Source: Okamejei kenojei
Taxonomy: Eukaryota
Assembly (NCBI GenBank): GCA_035221665.1
Contig: CM069131.1
Span: 27,590,001 to 27,654,000 of the forward strand
Length of the DNA: 64,000 nt
Direction of reading: 5' to 3'
Part shown: piece by piece, positions 51,301 to 64,000 of the stretch
Layout of the letters: each line of letters begins with the position of its first letter
Position numbering within the stretch: position 1 is the first letter of the stretch
Position numbers and translations under genes: made by a program
The notes under the pieces: model-generated
What the model was told of the DNA's origin: nothing
Seen by the model: only the letters and a program-made list of their open reading frames with translations
Databases searched by the model: none

Positions 51301-52971
51301 TAAAATCGGAGGAATGAAATGGAATTGCATTATGTGAGGACGTTCAGGGATGGCTAAGTCTTTAACAGATGATTAGATACATCTACTGTATTCTTTTCCA
51401 TGGCCTAGTACTTCTTATAGTCACTAGACGTTAGACTTTAGAAAACAGGCCCTTCAGCCCACCGAGTCCGTGCCAACTGGCGATCACCTCATATAATGTG
51501 TACAATATCCGACATACTAGTGACAATTTCTTACAACATACGGAAGGCAATTAATTTACAAACCTGTACATCTTCGGAGTGTGAGAGGAAACCAGAGCAC
51601 TTGGAGAAAACCTACGTGGTCACATGGAGAATGTACAAACTCCACAGAGTGAGCACCGGTAATCAGGATCGAATGCAGGTCACTGGCGCTGTAAGGCAGC
51701 AACTCTAGTACTGTGCCACCCCTACTACTTTTCCTATGAATTTCTCACCCAGCAAACAAAACAACAGCTAACTCTTCATTCAGCGAAGAGATGTTCAGTT
51801 CTCTGAGGTAATCTTGACTATGGATACCACTATTTTGAATGTTTATCTTTGTGCATCAACAGTGTTCAGTTTATTTAGAGAAATAAGCACCAACACGAAT
51901 AATTGGAGCATGTCAGGGTAATGCATCTCGTAGTGGCATGGAACTATAATGTTGTGGCCATTATGGAGACTTGGTTGTGATAGGGACAGGACTGACAGCA
52001 CAATGTTTTCAGGGTTTTGATGTTTCAGACGTAATAGAGCGAGAGGTGGAGGTTGCATTACTAATCAGGGAGAATGTCACAGTGGTACTCAGAGAAGGCA
52101 CAGAGGGCTCATCCACTGAGGCAATATGAGTAAAGCTTAAAAATAAGAAACATGCAATCACTCTGATGGGATTATACTATAGCCCTTGCAATAGCCAGCA
52201 GGAGATAGAGGAACAGATATGTAGACAGACTATGGGAAGAGTCAATAGGAATGGGGTTGTTATAATGAGTGACTTTTATTTCCCCAATATTGACTGGGAT
52301 TTCCTCAGTGCAAAAGATTAGGGCAGGGCAGAATTTGTAAGGTGTATCCAAAAGGGTTACTTGAACCAATTTGTGGATTGTTCAACTAGTGGAGGGACCA
52401 TACAGGACCTGTATTGGGAAATGAGCCTCGTGACTGGTGTTTCTGTGGAAGAACATTTTAGGAACTGTGATCACAACTCCATAAGTTTTAAGATAGTTAT
52501 GAAGAGGGAAAAGTCGGGACCTAGGGGCAAAAGTACTAAATTTGGATAAGGCAGAGTATAACATTATTCGGCAGGAGCTTCGGAGAGTATATTGGGAGCA
52601 GCATCTATGGAGAAGTCCACATCTGATATTTGGTATTTAGCTAAAGAATATGTGAGTTGATCAGAGTTGAGGATCAGCATGTTCCGGCAAGGAGAAGGGA
52701 GAATGATGGCAAAGTAAGAGAATCTTGGGTGATAAGAGAGGTTGTAAATTTGATCAAAAGGTAAAAGGAAACATATGTAAGGTTCAGGAAGATGTAATCA
52801 GACAGGACCTCCAAGGAATATAGAGCAAGCAGGAAATAACTCAAGCAAGGCAAGGCAAGGCAAGGCAAGGCAAGGCAACTTTATTTATATAGCACATTTC
52901 ATACATGAGTCAGACTCAAAGTGCTTCACATAAAAACACGTCATACAATAAGATGTTTTTTTTTAAATTAA

Positions 52972-53003
<32 letters not shown>

Positions 53004-54608
53004 GATAATACAAATTTAAAAAAAGCAAGGAACCAGAATGGTTGTTAGGGGTTGTGTTATGGTCTGAGTCTGACTGATGTATTGATTGCCTCCTTTTTGT
53101 GATAACGATTCAATGAACCACAGCACATAATTGCCTAAAGTCTCCAATAATTAGTCTTTTCATTTTTTCAACCATGTGGATACATTCACATATGAAAATG
53201 CATTTACTTACATAATGTGTATATCTCTCATGAGCTGCTCCACGCGTCCACCATTAGGCAATACAGAAACAACTGATTTGGATGTGACAGTCATGCATTT
53301 ACATTGTGATTTAACTAGAAGGTGGCTTTCAGCATCAGCTGTAAGAAAATAGATGTGGTTATTAGCTTTCTGAATCGGTAGCACTTATTATAAGTGTGGA
53401 AGTTATAATGTCCAGCAAATCCAGGTGCAAATTGAATGTTAATTGGCTTGCGAGTACAGAAAAAAAACTATAAGATAAGATAAGATACCATTTATTGTTG
53501 TTTGAACCTAAGTTCAAACGACATTTCGTTTCTGCAGTCATACAAACAAGAAAATAACCAAGACACACAATTAACACAATTAACACAATTTGGAGGCAAA
53601 GTACACAAACGACACTTTGCTTAAATAACTAAATGGAGATAAAGAATCCTAGCCCCTCAATTGATGAGGTGATAATATCCCCTTTCTTTTGGTTCATGTG
53701 TTACAGATTGCCACTGGAACTACCGGTAATCTGTAGTTAATTTATGGTGAATACAAACTAAAACCTCTGTAGCAGAAACTCATTTCAAGTGGTTGCTCAA
53801 GTTTTGGAGGAATTACATAATTAGTTACTTTTATTTAAAAAAAAAATCCTCAATCTATCCTGTCAAGATATGCCAAAGATGCACATTCATGGCCACGTGG
53901 AATACACAGCAAGAACAATGTTATCATTCATAAATCAATGGGACCGCTGCATGCTGAGGCGATCATAGTCACCTGCAAAGAGACTGCATGAGCAGACAAT
54001 GTTTAAAGATATAGCATGAAAACAGGCCCTTCAGCCTTCCGAGTCCATGATGACTATTGATATATTGACTATCACATGTTCTACGTTATTCCACTTTCTC
54101 ATCCACTCTCTACACATTAGGGACAAGTTACAGAGGCAAATTAACCTACAACCCGCACGTCGTTGGAATGTGGGGGAAAATCAGAACACCGAGAGGAGAT
54201 CTGTTCGATCACAGAAAGATCATGCAAACACCACACAGACAGCACCCGAGGTCAGGATCGAACCCGGGCCTCTGGTGTTGTGAGGCAGCAGCTCTACCAG
54301 CTCTAATAGTGGTACTGTCCACAAATCAATTACAACAAGTCTAATCAATGATTTCTGCACATGCTTGTACCAATGTCTCCACAATCAGCTCATTGTTGTT
54401 ATTTCTCATTATTTAGGAAGAAAGCTTCTTCATTATTTTTTTGTTTTTGTACTTTTGAGGTTTCTATTGCTAAGAAAACAGGAAATATTTACACATCCCA
54501 TTATCACATTGCACAATGAAAAATGTAATAATTAAACACCGCACCTGCTGCAAGAATTGTGAAAAGCAGAATTGCTGCAAAAGGCTTCAGCATTTGTTTG
54601 TTCTTCAT
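48215..54608 (-). CDS. JCHAIN: Immunoglobulin J chain, 4 exons: 54608-54545, 53338-53212, 50867-50787, 48311-48215 (possibly to 48124)
   Basis: Spliced product MKNKQMLKPFAAILLFTILAAADAESHLLVKSQCKCMTVTSKSVVSVLPNGGRVEQLMRDIHIIVPTRSRENISDPTSPIRNKFVYKISDFCKNCNQKPTLPTEPQCKPPPPPADTCYGRDI* (122 aa): signal peptide, CxC, the conserved RENISDPTSP glycosylation block and CxxC. All introns are GT-AG with phases 1,2,2. Confidence 0.95.
48350..49420 (-). mobile_element. Decayed CR1 fragments in JCHAIN intron 3
   Basis: YTVNGRTLESIVE...LQVHSSLKVATQ-like remnant and a CR1 tail at 48350-48420. Confidence 0.7.
50240..50578 (-). mobile_element. Decayed HE1-type SINE
   Basis: Degenerate ggaggaaaccaga...caaactcca...gcacccgaggtc...gcagctctac. 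Confidence 0.55.
50787..50867 (-). CDS. JCHAIN: JCHAIN exon 3
   Basis: ttttcttgcag| acceptor, |gtatga donor, 81 bp; VPTRSRENISDPTSPIRNKFVYKISD. Confidence 0.95.
51424..51721 (-). mobile_element. HE1-type SINE
   Basis: Same layout as 10127-10437. Confidence 0.8.
51840..52845 (+). mobile_element. Decayed CR1 ORF2 endonuclease region
   Basis: Remnants of VAIMETW, RGGGVALLI, GLYY.P, DF.FPNIDW and CDHNSISF motifs. Confidence 0.7.
52844..53002 (-). repeat. (CAAGG)n and (AAAT)n microsatellites flanking an L2-like tail
   Basis: caaggcaagg...ctttatttatatagcacatttcatac...aaagtgcttcaca. Confidence 0.5.
53212..53338 (-). CDS. JCHAIN: JCHAIN exon 2
   Basis: ttttcttacag| acceptor, |gtaagt donor; LLVKSQCKCMTVTSK...RDIHI. 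Confidence 0.93.
54003..54305 (-). mobile_element. HE1-type SINE in JCHAIN intron 1
   Basis: aacaggcccttc...caggatcgaacccggg...gcagcagctctacc. Confidence 0.75.
54545..54608 (-). CDS. JCHAIN: JCHAIN exon 1 (signal peptide)
   Basis: ATG at 54608, 64 coding nt, |gtgcgg donor. Confidence 0.85.
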
Positions 54609-55121
54609 AACTGGAGCTTCACCTTCTATGATCTTCCTTTTGTCTTGTGGCTCTCCACTTAGTCTGATCAGAGTGCTCAAACAAAATGAAAGACCAAAGT
54701 GTTTTGCCTGTTTCTTGAATTTGTTCCTTTAATTAGCTTCATATTATTTTCGGTTCCATTTTAAGACGTAGCTTCAGACAGAAACCAGATGCTGGATCTA
54801 CTGCCTTTGATTGGGGAGTTTAAAAAATCAAGAAAGCAACTGAAATAAATTCAGACGTTCATCCAACCACAACTGGATAGCTTGCAATGATTGTTCTTAG
54901 TAAAAAAATCCAGTGTTGGTTCTAAACAGTGCAAGAAGCAGTAGAGACCCACAGATGAAGTGAGATGTAAAGCATGGTGACAGTAATAAGGGCTGAAAAA
55001 ACAAACAAGTTAAAAAAACATACTTATTAATAAGGACAAACTAAAGAGTTTAACAGTTATATTGAGCGGATGGCTGAAGAAATATAGAGCCCTCCAAAGA
55101 CAGATGCAAGGGACATTTTAA

Positions 55122-55200
55122 ATGCAAATCAGAAAACCGCAGAGTAGTTAAAAATATTGCTTGAATCCTCACAACAGGGATACGAGGAAACTAAAAATAA
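55122..55200. promoter_or_regulatory. Candidate B-cell regulatory cluster upstream of JCHAIN (octamer, ETS core, MEF2)
   Basis: ATGCAAAT 55122-55129; GAGGAA 55184-55189; CTAAAAATAA 55191-55200. Confidence 0.4.
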
Positions 55201-55676
55201 ATCTATTGAAGAAATTTACAGGGTTTTAAAGAAATAAAAGAAAAGCTATGGTAAAAATAATAGCTTAGAAATTAATTTGCAACAATATTTTTCAGTGTTA
55301 AATCAATATTAGCGATCTCTGTGAAACGGCTTTGAACATTTATGACCGGAGTGCATTTATTGGTGCGTGCATGAACACTATGGGATGGTGTCTCTCATAA
55401 AATGCTGCTGTGCTTCATGCAGACAAGGCGTTATTTCCCAAACCTCGTGCTTCTGCCATATATCCTTACACCTCTGACATCCTTTAAAGAGTCACGCCAC
55501 AATGCAAGGAGAAAATGTCCAGCCAGCGGGGAATGTTCACAAGGGTAGATTGAATTCTCTGCTACTGGGTTGGGAGGGAAGAGGTTGATGCATCCAGGAG
55601 GCAGAGAAACCTACACTTTATGGAGTAGAATAGTGTGTGGAGGAGGCATCTTCCTAGTCCAAGGACATTTCTTTTA

Positions 55677-55987
55677 GGGCGGCACGGTGGCGCAGAGGTA
55701 GCGTGGCTGCATTACAGTGCCAGAGACCAGGGTTCGATCCTAACTACGGGTGCTGTCTGTATGGAGTTGGTGTGTTCTCCCTGTGATCGTGTGGGTTTTC
55801 TCCGGGTGCTCCAGTTTCCTCCCACACTCCAAAGAGGTACAGGTTTGTAGGTTAATTAGCTTCAGTAAAAATTGTAAATTGTCCCTAGTGTGTAGGATGG
55901 TGCTAGTGTACAGGGAGCGCTGGTCGGCGCGGGCTCAGTGGGCCTAAACACCTTTTTCCGCGCTGCATCTCTAAAACTAAAAACTAA
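55677..55987 (+). mobile_element. HE1-type V-SINE
   Basis: A box TGGCGCAGAGG at 55688, B box GGTTCGATCC at 55731-55740, V domain, (CTAAAA)n tail. Confidence 0.88.
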
Positions 55988-56499
55988 GATGGTATGGTTT
56001 CAGTAAGATCACAAATGCCTGCTCTGAGCTTTGTGAAATGCTGCAAATGCAGATTCCCCTCTGAATGATAAAGTCACATCAACCAAAAGGTCAAAAATTC
56101 CCCAGTATCAAGGTTATTTATTTTTACCTTTATTTTGCCGCAGTGATTTATAACAGTTACCAGTAGAGACCAGCTGCAGAATTGTGAGGCTGCATTTCAG
56201 GGAGGTGGTGACCTTCACTTTGAACAAGGGCAATAGAGACACTTGCGTGAGGTAGTTCTTAGCGATTTCAGAGATCGCTCTTGTATGTGTGGACTACCTG
56301 GTGTGAGGATATCCTGTGTGATAGGTTTATAAAAAAAGACCTTCTTTTACCAACCAGGAGTGGATAATGTGTTGGAATACCCACTCTTTTCTCAAGTAGC
56401 TTCTCATTGCTCATTTCTCAGCTGATGAACATGAAACTACTCGTGTGTTTGCAGAAATTATCAGTGGTTCAGCACTAGCTCGTGAAATTATCGGTGTTT

Positions 56500-57701
56500 T
56501 AGCACTACCTCTCCCACCTCAACAACAGAGACACCTTCATGAGAATGCTGTTCATCGACTTTAGCTCAGCATTTAACACCATTATCCCCTCCAAACTGAT
56601 CACCAAACAGCGACCTGGGCATTGACCCCTCCCTTTGCAACTGGATACTGGACTTTCTAACCAACGCCTTTTCAACCCTCACCCTGAACACCGGCGTTCA
56701 CAGGGCTGTGTGTTGAACCCTCTCCTCTACTCCCTCTTCACCTATGACTGCGCACCTGTACATGGTACTAACACCATCATCAAGTATGCAGATGATACAA
56801 CAGTGATTGGCCTCATCAGCGACAACGATGAGTCGGCCTATAAGGAGGAGGTCCAGCTCCTAGCAACATGGTGCGCTGACAACAACCTGGCCCTTAACAC
56901 CAAGAAGACCAAGGAGCTCATTGTGGACTACAGAAGGTCTAGGAATGGCACGCACACCCCCATCCATATTAATGGGACGGAAGTGGAGCGTGTTTCCAGC
57001 TTCAGGTTTCTGGGGGTCAACATTTCTGATGACCTCTCTTGGACCCACAATACCTCAACACTGGTCAAGAAGGCTCACCAGCATCTCTTCTTCCTGAGGA
57101 GACTAAAGAAGGTCCATCTGTCTCTTCAGATTCTGGTGAACCTCTACTGCTGCGCCATCGAGAGCATCCTTACCAACTGTATCACAGTATGGTATGGCAA
57201 CGGCTCTGTTTCTGCCTGGAAAGCACTGCAGAGGGTGGTGAAAACTGCCCAACCGGTTCCTCACTCCCCTCCATTGAGTCTGTCCAGAGCAAGCGATGTC
57301 TGCGAAGGGCGCGCAGCATCGTCCAGGACTGCTCTCACCCCAACCACAGACTGTTTACCCTCCTCCCATTCGGGAGACGCTACAGGTCTCTCTGTTCCCG
57401 GACCAACAGGTTCAGGAACAGCATCTTCCCTGCGGTTGTTACACTGCTTAACTCCGCACCTTGATGATTGCCAGTCACCCCCACCCCCCGGACACTCCTT
57501 TCCCTAGTGACTGAACTCCCCCCCCCACCCCGAAAATTGCACTACTGCTACTATATATACACATATATATGTATTTTACTGTTCCATTATTCCGTGTTCG
57601 CACTTCTGGGTGAGATGCTAACTGCATTTTGTTGTCTCTGTACTCGTACACTACACAATGACAATAAAGTTTGAATCTTTGAATCTGAATCTGAATCTGA
57701 A
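56500..57701 (+). mobile_element. Rex1/Babar LINE RT and 3' end
   Basis: [45 protein letters not shown]; AATAAA and (TGAATC)n tail. Confidence 0.88.
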
Positions 57702-58987
57702 GCTGATATTGTTCCCTGGATCACAGTCTGGGTTGATTTATGTATGTGCATAACTGTATAGCACTGCCCCAATGAATACAGAGGGATTGTGCCTGTGCAT
57801 TTATATAATGCTGCTTTAGAGCCTTCAGTATCAGAAAAAATAGTGCTGTTGAGAGTGAAGGGTGTCAGTTGTTATTTAGACCAATGAAGATGAACATTTC
57901 ACTAGGAATGAATTGAGGCCTTTGAACTACGATTGATTTCATTTGTGTTCACAATTCCACTGATAGTTATTGGAATACATCCCTTTATAATAATGAAATA
58001 ATCATGGCATGACAACTCCCCCCCCTTTGTTCACATCACCTTTTTAATTTCACAGCATAGTTATTTCTCATTATAAATTCTGATAGCTATTACTCAATCC
58101 TGCAAACAGGCGAGGTTATGCAGAATTCCCCAGACGATGAGGTTACACACAAGTTCTGTTCTGCAAGGCTTGGATGAGGACTTTGATAATCCAATCTATG
58201 CACATTAAGATGCTTCGACCATAGTCCTAACATTGTCCTAAAATTGCATTTAACATTAAGGGGTGTGGGGAGTTCTGCTCCAAACCATTCACATGCCTTT
58301 GTGCAGAGCCTCATGTCTATCCTCTGTTCCTCTCTCCAAGAGTGCTACATGACCAGTTGAGTATATCCAGCACTTCCTGCTTTCGTGCATGTCTTGTCTG
58401 ACATATCCCTTCATCCACCTTAATGTTCCTGTGTTGCATTCTCCTAAAGACTGCAGCTGTGGATGTTGGCTCACTGGCTGTAGACGAGGCTGTGGACCAT
58501 GAAAGACTGATTGTCTTGAGCAGCTCTGCATCTACACAGTAGATGGCCCAGCTCCTCACTGTACTTATCATAACATCATGTTATCATAATAGCTCCTCGC
58601 TGACAAGCAACATTAAACACAAAGGCGTGGTGACAATGGTAAAATTGCCATCCAAGTATGTGTTTGACAGGGCAGCTGATTTGTGCAGCACAAGGTTACA
58701 GCACAATCAAATAAGATCAAATAGAACAAGTTGTCCAACAACTTTAGGCTGTGCACGCCATGTGCAAGAAGAAAAAGTCTAGTATGGCACGTTGGCCTTG
58801 CTAGTGTATCAGCATTTCCCAAAGGCTTGTGAGTGGGACAATGCTGTTGTTTACTTGACCTACTGCAGTACCTGTACTTAAAGTACCCTAACGTTCTGCA
58901 AGGTAGGAGTTGCATGATCTACACCCATTCTAGTTTATGGCTTGAAGACCAACCTGTTAGTATCAGTGTACTGATTACTGCCTACTC

Positions 58988-59640
58988 TTAGTTTAGTTTA
59001 ATTTAGTTTAGTTTAGTTTATTGTCACGTGAACCAAAGTAGAGTGAAAAGCTTTTGTTGCGTGCTAACCAGTCAGCGGAAAGGCAATATATGATTACAAT
59101 CAAGCCATTCACAGTGTACAGATACACGATAAAGGAAATCATGTGAATAATGTTTAGTGCAAGATAAAGCCAGTAAAGTCCGATCAAAGATAGTCTCCAA
59201 TGAGATAGATCGTGGTTCAGGACCGCTCTCCATTTGTGGTAGGATGGTTCAGTTGCCTGCTAACAGCTGGGAAGAACCAGTCCCTGAATCTGGTGGTGTG
59301 CATTTTCACACTTTTTGCCCGATGGGAGAGGGGAGAGGGGAGAAGAGGGAGTGGACGGGGTGGGACTCATCCTTGATTATGCTGCTGGCCTTGCCGAGGC
59401 AGCATGACGTATAAATGGAGTCAATGCAAGGGAGGTTGGTGTCTGTGATGGTGTAGGGCTGCGTCCACAATTCTCTGCAATTTCTTGCAGTCTAGGATGG
59501 AGCTATTCCCAAACCATGCTGTGATACATCCTGATAAAATGCGTTCTATGGTGCATCTGTACACATTGGTGAGGGTTGTTGGCAACATGCCAAACTCCCT
59601 AAACATTCTAGGGAAGTAGAGGCATTGCTATGCTTTCTTG
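58988..59640 (-). mobile_element. Rex1/Babar LINE 3' fragment
   Basis: ORF 59421-59606 YRCTIERILSGCITAWFGN; (CTAAA)n tail. Confidence 0.82.
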
Positions 59641-59959
59641 GCCAGGAGATAGAAACTGTCAAGGCAAGTTGTTGTTGTGTATTTTGCAGGTATTATATAA
59701 TTTAGCCCCTTTGTGGGGTCAAGGAAAGAGCGTTCACATCACGGCCCTGTTTCCACCCATCTTTCCACCACACACACAAGAAGCGCAAGACAGACACCAT
59801 TGTACGCAGATGCCGAGAAGTGGGTTCAGCTCTGGCTGAACAACATCTAATCTTGTGTGTGGACTCGATAAGAAGAAGATGCTCCTTTGTGAGTGTTATA
59901 GCGGGAAGCTACCTTTAGGTGGATGAATGGGGTGCATTTAATCCGGCTTTAGTCAGTGA

Positions 59960-60780
59960 TGCCAATGTTCTTGTGTTGTTGAAGCTCCACTCATGCTGAC
60001 AAATGGAAAGTAACGCATGCCATCCCTGACTTATATAACGTAGATGGTGGAAGGTTAGGCAAGTTAGTTTAAATCAGTGTCACAGAATACACAGCCTTTG
60101 ACTGACCATTGTAATTACAATAATTATGTCTTGTTGATGTCTTGTAGATGTAGATGTCTTGAATTATATACATGTCTTGTTTCAGTTTCAGACCAACGGT
60201 GACTCCTACAATATTGCTTTCATGACTTCATGAAAGTTAATACTGTTGAATACTGTTAAGGAAAGTTAGTTACATTATTTCTTGTAAGCAACAAGTATTG
60301 TCTCCAACGAGGACTTGATGTGATAGTATGCACATGTATGTACCTCTAAAAAGTAACTTGTCACATAAGTCCAGTACTGAATGATGCCTGTATTTTGAGG
60401 CCTCATTGTCTTCATGTTTGCAATTCAATTCAAGCATTTTCTCACTTAAAACAAGATAGGAACATGTCAGTATACAAACCAAGTAGGAGCAAGAGTGGGC
60501 TACCTGGCCCTTTCAGCCTGTTCTGCCATTCAAAAATATTGCAACCTCAATCTGAATTCCTGCCAGCCAGCTAATCTTTCACCCCCTTGCTCATCAAAAT
60601 TGTTTCTACCTCTGAATTAAAAATATTCAAGGTTGCTGTTTCTACTTCCCTTTCAGGAAGACGTTGGAAAAACACTTTATCCGTGATAGAGAAAAAGTGC
60701 CTCAAGCTGCCTCAACCCTATCTTAAATGAATGACTCCTTTTTTTTAACAGTGTCCCCTAATTAGAGATTCTCATACAAA
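59960..60780 (-). mobile_element. Highly decayed LINE remnants (CR1/L2 group)
   Basis: Weak recalled resemblance only; CR1-like tail at 60480-60540. Confidence 0.35.
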
Positions 60781-61587
60781 ATGAAACGCTCTTTCGCATC
60801 CACCATTTCAAGCCACCTTGGGATGTTATCAGTTCATGACATTCCAACAAAAAAATGGGGCTCCTGATATCATCTTCTTCCATCTCCTCCTTCTCCTCAC
60901 CTCCTACTGTTCCTGCGCCTCCTCTTCCTCCTCTTTCTACCTTATACCATATTGGTCGGTGTGGGCGAGTGGGGCCGGAGCATCTTTCCACGCTGTATGA
61001 CTCTATGACTCTATAACTATAACCACCTCCCAGATGTTGGCAAATGCTGACTATAATTGGCAGGTTAAAGAAAGGACCTGATCTGAAATGTCACCTATCC
61101 ATGTTCTCTGGAGATGCTGCCTGACCAACTGAGTTAATCCTGTATTTTGTGTTTTTAATTATAAAGTGGGATATCTACCACATGCTGTACTGCAAGTTGC
61201 AGAGTACGTGGTCTGGTGTTGGAAGTCAGTTTAAACAACTGATTCTGCGAGACCACAAAGTACCTTCCAACTAACTCTAGACTTGGAAAACTGCTGTACA
61301 TTGGGGTGCGCAGAATGTGAGAGTGAGATGATGACTTTAATGTTAACATTAATGGCCATGCAAGGGCCGGTCGTGTGACTTTCCTTGTGCAGATGAGACC
61401 ACTACAAAGAAGGATTCATCAGATGGTGTGTAGGTTCTATGAAACTCAGTAGCATCAGTAAGGCGTTGCATGTAACATGGTGCGTAGCAGCTGAATGTTA
61501 ATTCCGATGATCTTGTCCGTTAGAATAGTGAATATGCTATAAAATTATATCTCTGAGTAAAGTTTTGAGATGAACTTTAATATCTAA

Positions 61588-61973
61588 TAGCCCTGTCCCA
61601 CGGTACGAGTTCATTCCAAGAGCTCTCCCGAGTTAAAAAAAAAAATCAAACTCAAGTTCAAGTTCAAGTGAGTTTATTGTCATGGTAACTCGTGGTAAAC
61701 ACGGAGAATGAACGTAGCGGGTATGTCGGAGCTCGGGGACGTGGAGCTCGGGGATGTCTCTGAGCGGCTCGTAACGCTAATGGCAGGTACTCAGGAAGAC
61801 TCACTAACGGCAGGTAAAGCACGGGAAGACTCGTGAAGATTTTTCAACATGTTGAAAAATGTCCATGAGAGCCCCGAGAACCAATGACTGGCCATTACCG
61901 TAAATCTCCGGGTTCGAACCAGGGCAAACTCGGGAGAACTCTTGGAATGAACTTGTACTGTGGGACAGGGCTT
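61588..61973. mobile_element. Harbinger-type MITE
   Basis: TIRs TAGCCCTGTCCCACGGTACGAGTTCATTCCAAGAG / CTCTTGGAATGAACTTGTACTGTGGGACAGGGCTT; TAA TSD at 61585-61587 and 61974-61976; small Rex1-tail insert at about 61654-61687. Confidence 0.88.
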
Positions 61974-62984
61974 TAACTCAGATCAACAAACCTACCACAA
62001 TAGGTGAGGGATTTGGAAAAGGTTAGGGATAATTTTAAGTTACAGTAGACAATGCCTTTATTCAAAAGGTTAGTTTTGAATGGACAAAGTTTTCAGTCAT
62101 TTGTTGATGTGTTATTTAGTGCCTCGATAACCCAGAACTTACGCTATTTCTCGTGGGGAATTTAACTACCCGCACATCTGTTTTCTGCTTTGTAGAAGCA
62201 GCTCCTCACTATATTTATTGTTTAAATATTGTAAGATGTCACCCTATGTCCTTTCATTCAAGATACATTTATTTGTCCCATGTACCAATTGGTACAGTGA
62301 AATAAGTTCATTCTGACATGGCAGGTGTGACGGTTTTACAAATAACTGTATGTCTAAATGTAATCTAGAGTAAGATTTCCAGTGGTTACAAACAGGAAAT
62401 AACCATTCTTTAAACTTATACATCTGTCATTTTGCATATCCTGATAGAATTAATTGCTGACTAATATAATGAAGACATTCCATGTGAGAATCTTGCTACA
62501 AGACTTTTAGGCAAATTTTATCATTTTTCTTGCCTCAAAAGCAATACAATTAGTATACAATTATACAAATTTAAGGAAAATGGCAGAAATATTCTAATAA
62601 TAGCTTGAGTGTGTAATGGAGAAAAGCGTGTCAAAGTATTTCATAAGAACACAGTCAGATTACAACAATGATAAGAAACTTTAGGAAGGGTCATAGAAAA
62701 GTTAGCTGAACAGATGAATGTTAAGAAAAAATTAAAAGGAGGCGAGATGGAGGAAGTTATAGAGAAAAATTCAGAGTGTGTGACAGACAAAATTGGCAAA
62801 GATAAACTATTGCTGTGAAACACAATGAGGGAACATAGAAAAGTACAACACTGGAACAGGCCCACAATGTCCATGCCAAACCGGATGCCAAATTAAACCA
62901 ATCTCCTCTGCCTGTACATGATCTATATCCCCCCACTTCCTGTATATCCATGTGCCTATCCAAAAAACACTTAAATTATTCTTA

Positions 62985-63297
62985 ACTTTAGTTTGGTTTA
63001 GTGATACAGGATGGAAACTAGCCCTTCGGCCCACCGAGTCCGCACCGACCAGCAATCCCCGCGCATTAATGCTATCCTACACACACTAGGGATAATTAAC
63101 ATTTATACAAAGCCAATTAACCTCCAAACCTGTACATTTCTGGAGTCTGGGAATAAACCGAAGATCTCAGAGAATGCCCACATGGTGACGGGGAGAACAT
63201 ACAAACGCCATACAGATAGCACCCATAGATCAAACCCAGGTCTCCAGCACTGCATTAGGTGAAGGCTGCAACTCTACTGCTGTGCCACCATGCCACT
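62985..63297 (-). mobile_element. HE1-type SINE
   Basis: Same layout as the other copies. Confidence 0.8.
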
Positions 63298-63304
63298 CAG
63301 TAAT

Positions 63305-64000
63305 ATTTAGTTTAGTCTGGTTCATTGTCATGTGTACTGAGGTACAGTGAAAAGCATTTTTTTTTGCATGCTATCCAGTCTGTGGAAAGACAATACATGA
63401 TTACAATCGAGCTCAAAGTCAGTCAAGTCAAAAGAGTTTATTGTCATGTGTCCCTGACAGGACAATGAAATTCTTTCTTTGCATAGCACAACAGAACATA
63501 GTAGGCATTGACTAGTTATATACTTAAATACACACATTAATTAATAAATTAATAAAGTGCAAATAACAGATGGAGGGGTATTAATGTTCAGAGTTTTGTC
63601 CGAGCCAGGTTTAATAGCCTGATGGCGGTGGGGAAGTAGCTATTCCTGAACCAGGTTGTTGCAGTTCTCAGGCTCCTGTACCTTCTACCCGAAGGTAGCA
63701 GGGAGATGAGTATGTGGCCAGGGTGGTGTGGGTCCTTGATGATGCTGCCAGCCTTTCTGAGGCAACGGCTGTGGTAGATCCCCTCGATGGAAGGAAGGTC
63801 AGAGTCGATGATGGACTGGGTAGTGTTTACTACTGTGAAAACACTGTAGTTACGAGCTCAGTGTACAAATACAGGATAAAGGGAATAACATTTAATGCAA
63901 GATAAAGTCCGGTAAAGTCCGACTAAAGGTAGTCTGTGTTTCTCCGATGAGGTAGATGGTAGGTCAGGGCAGCTCTCCAGTTGGTGATTGGAAAGTTCAA
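63305..64000 (-). mobile_element. Nested Rex1/Babar 3' ends (one family at about 63415-63835 inside another)
   Basis: Outer part matches 59000-59260; inner part matches 13600-14030. Confidence 0.75.

Noticed and set aside
55677-55750. tRNA-like A and B boxes
   Set aside because: This is the head of an HE1 SINE, not a tRNA gene.
58289-58571. Pro/Gln-rich short ORF near JCHAIN suggesting an SCPP exon
   Set aside because: No convincing splice donor, signal-peptide exon or SxE motif; the ORF runs into a PLE-derived repeat.

Overview
Vertebrate genomic DNA, most likely from a cartilaginous fish (skate or ray), judged by HE1-type V-SINEs, the CR1/HER1 LINE tails and an elasmobranch-type J chain. 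Two host genes face each other tail to tail. On +, the last three coding exons of an FHDC1/INF1-like formin lie at 2065-7977, with 3'UTR to about 9975. On -, a complete four-exon immunoglobulin J-chain gene (JCHAIN) runs from the ATG at 54608 to 48215 (or 48124); the ORF track misses it. The ~38 kb between them is a nested transposon stack: a Mag-like Gypsy with Rex1, L1 and CR1 inserts; a second L1 carrying a young GC-rich CsRn1-like Gypsy; two DIRS1-type tyrosine-recombinase retroelements (one full length); a 3.3 kb Harbinger-type element with unexplained cargo; and Penelope-derived repeats with degenerate hammerhead cores. The assembly appears indel-prone, so frameshifts need caution. Best leads: (1) an 11 x 9-aa 'TDVSVQT' array in the formin tail resembling a multivalent LC8/DYNLL-binding ladder; (2) a J-chain C-terminus that is 1 nt away from restoring the 8-cysteine pattern. 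All family assignments come from motif recognition and recall; no database searches were run.
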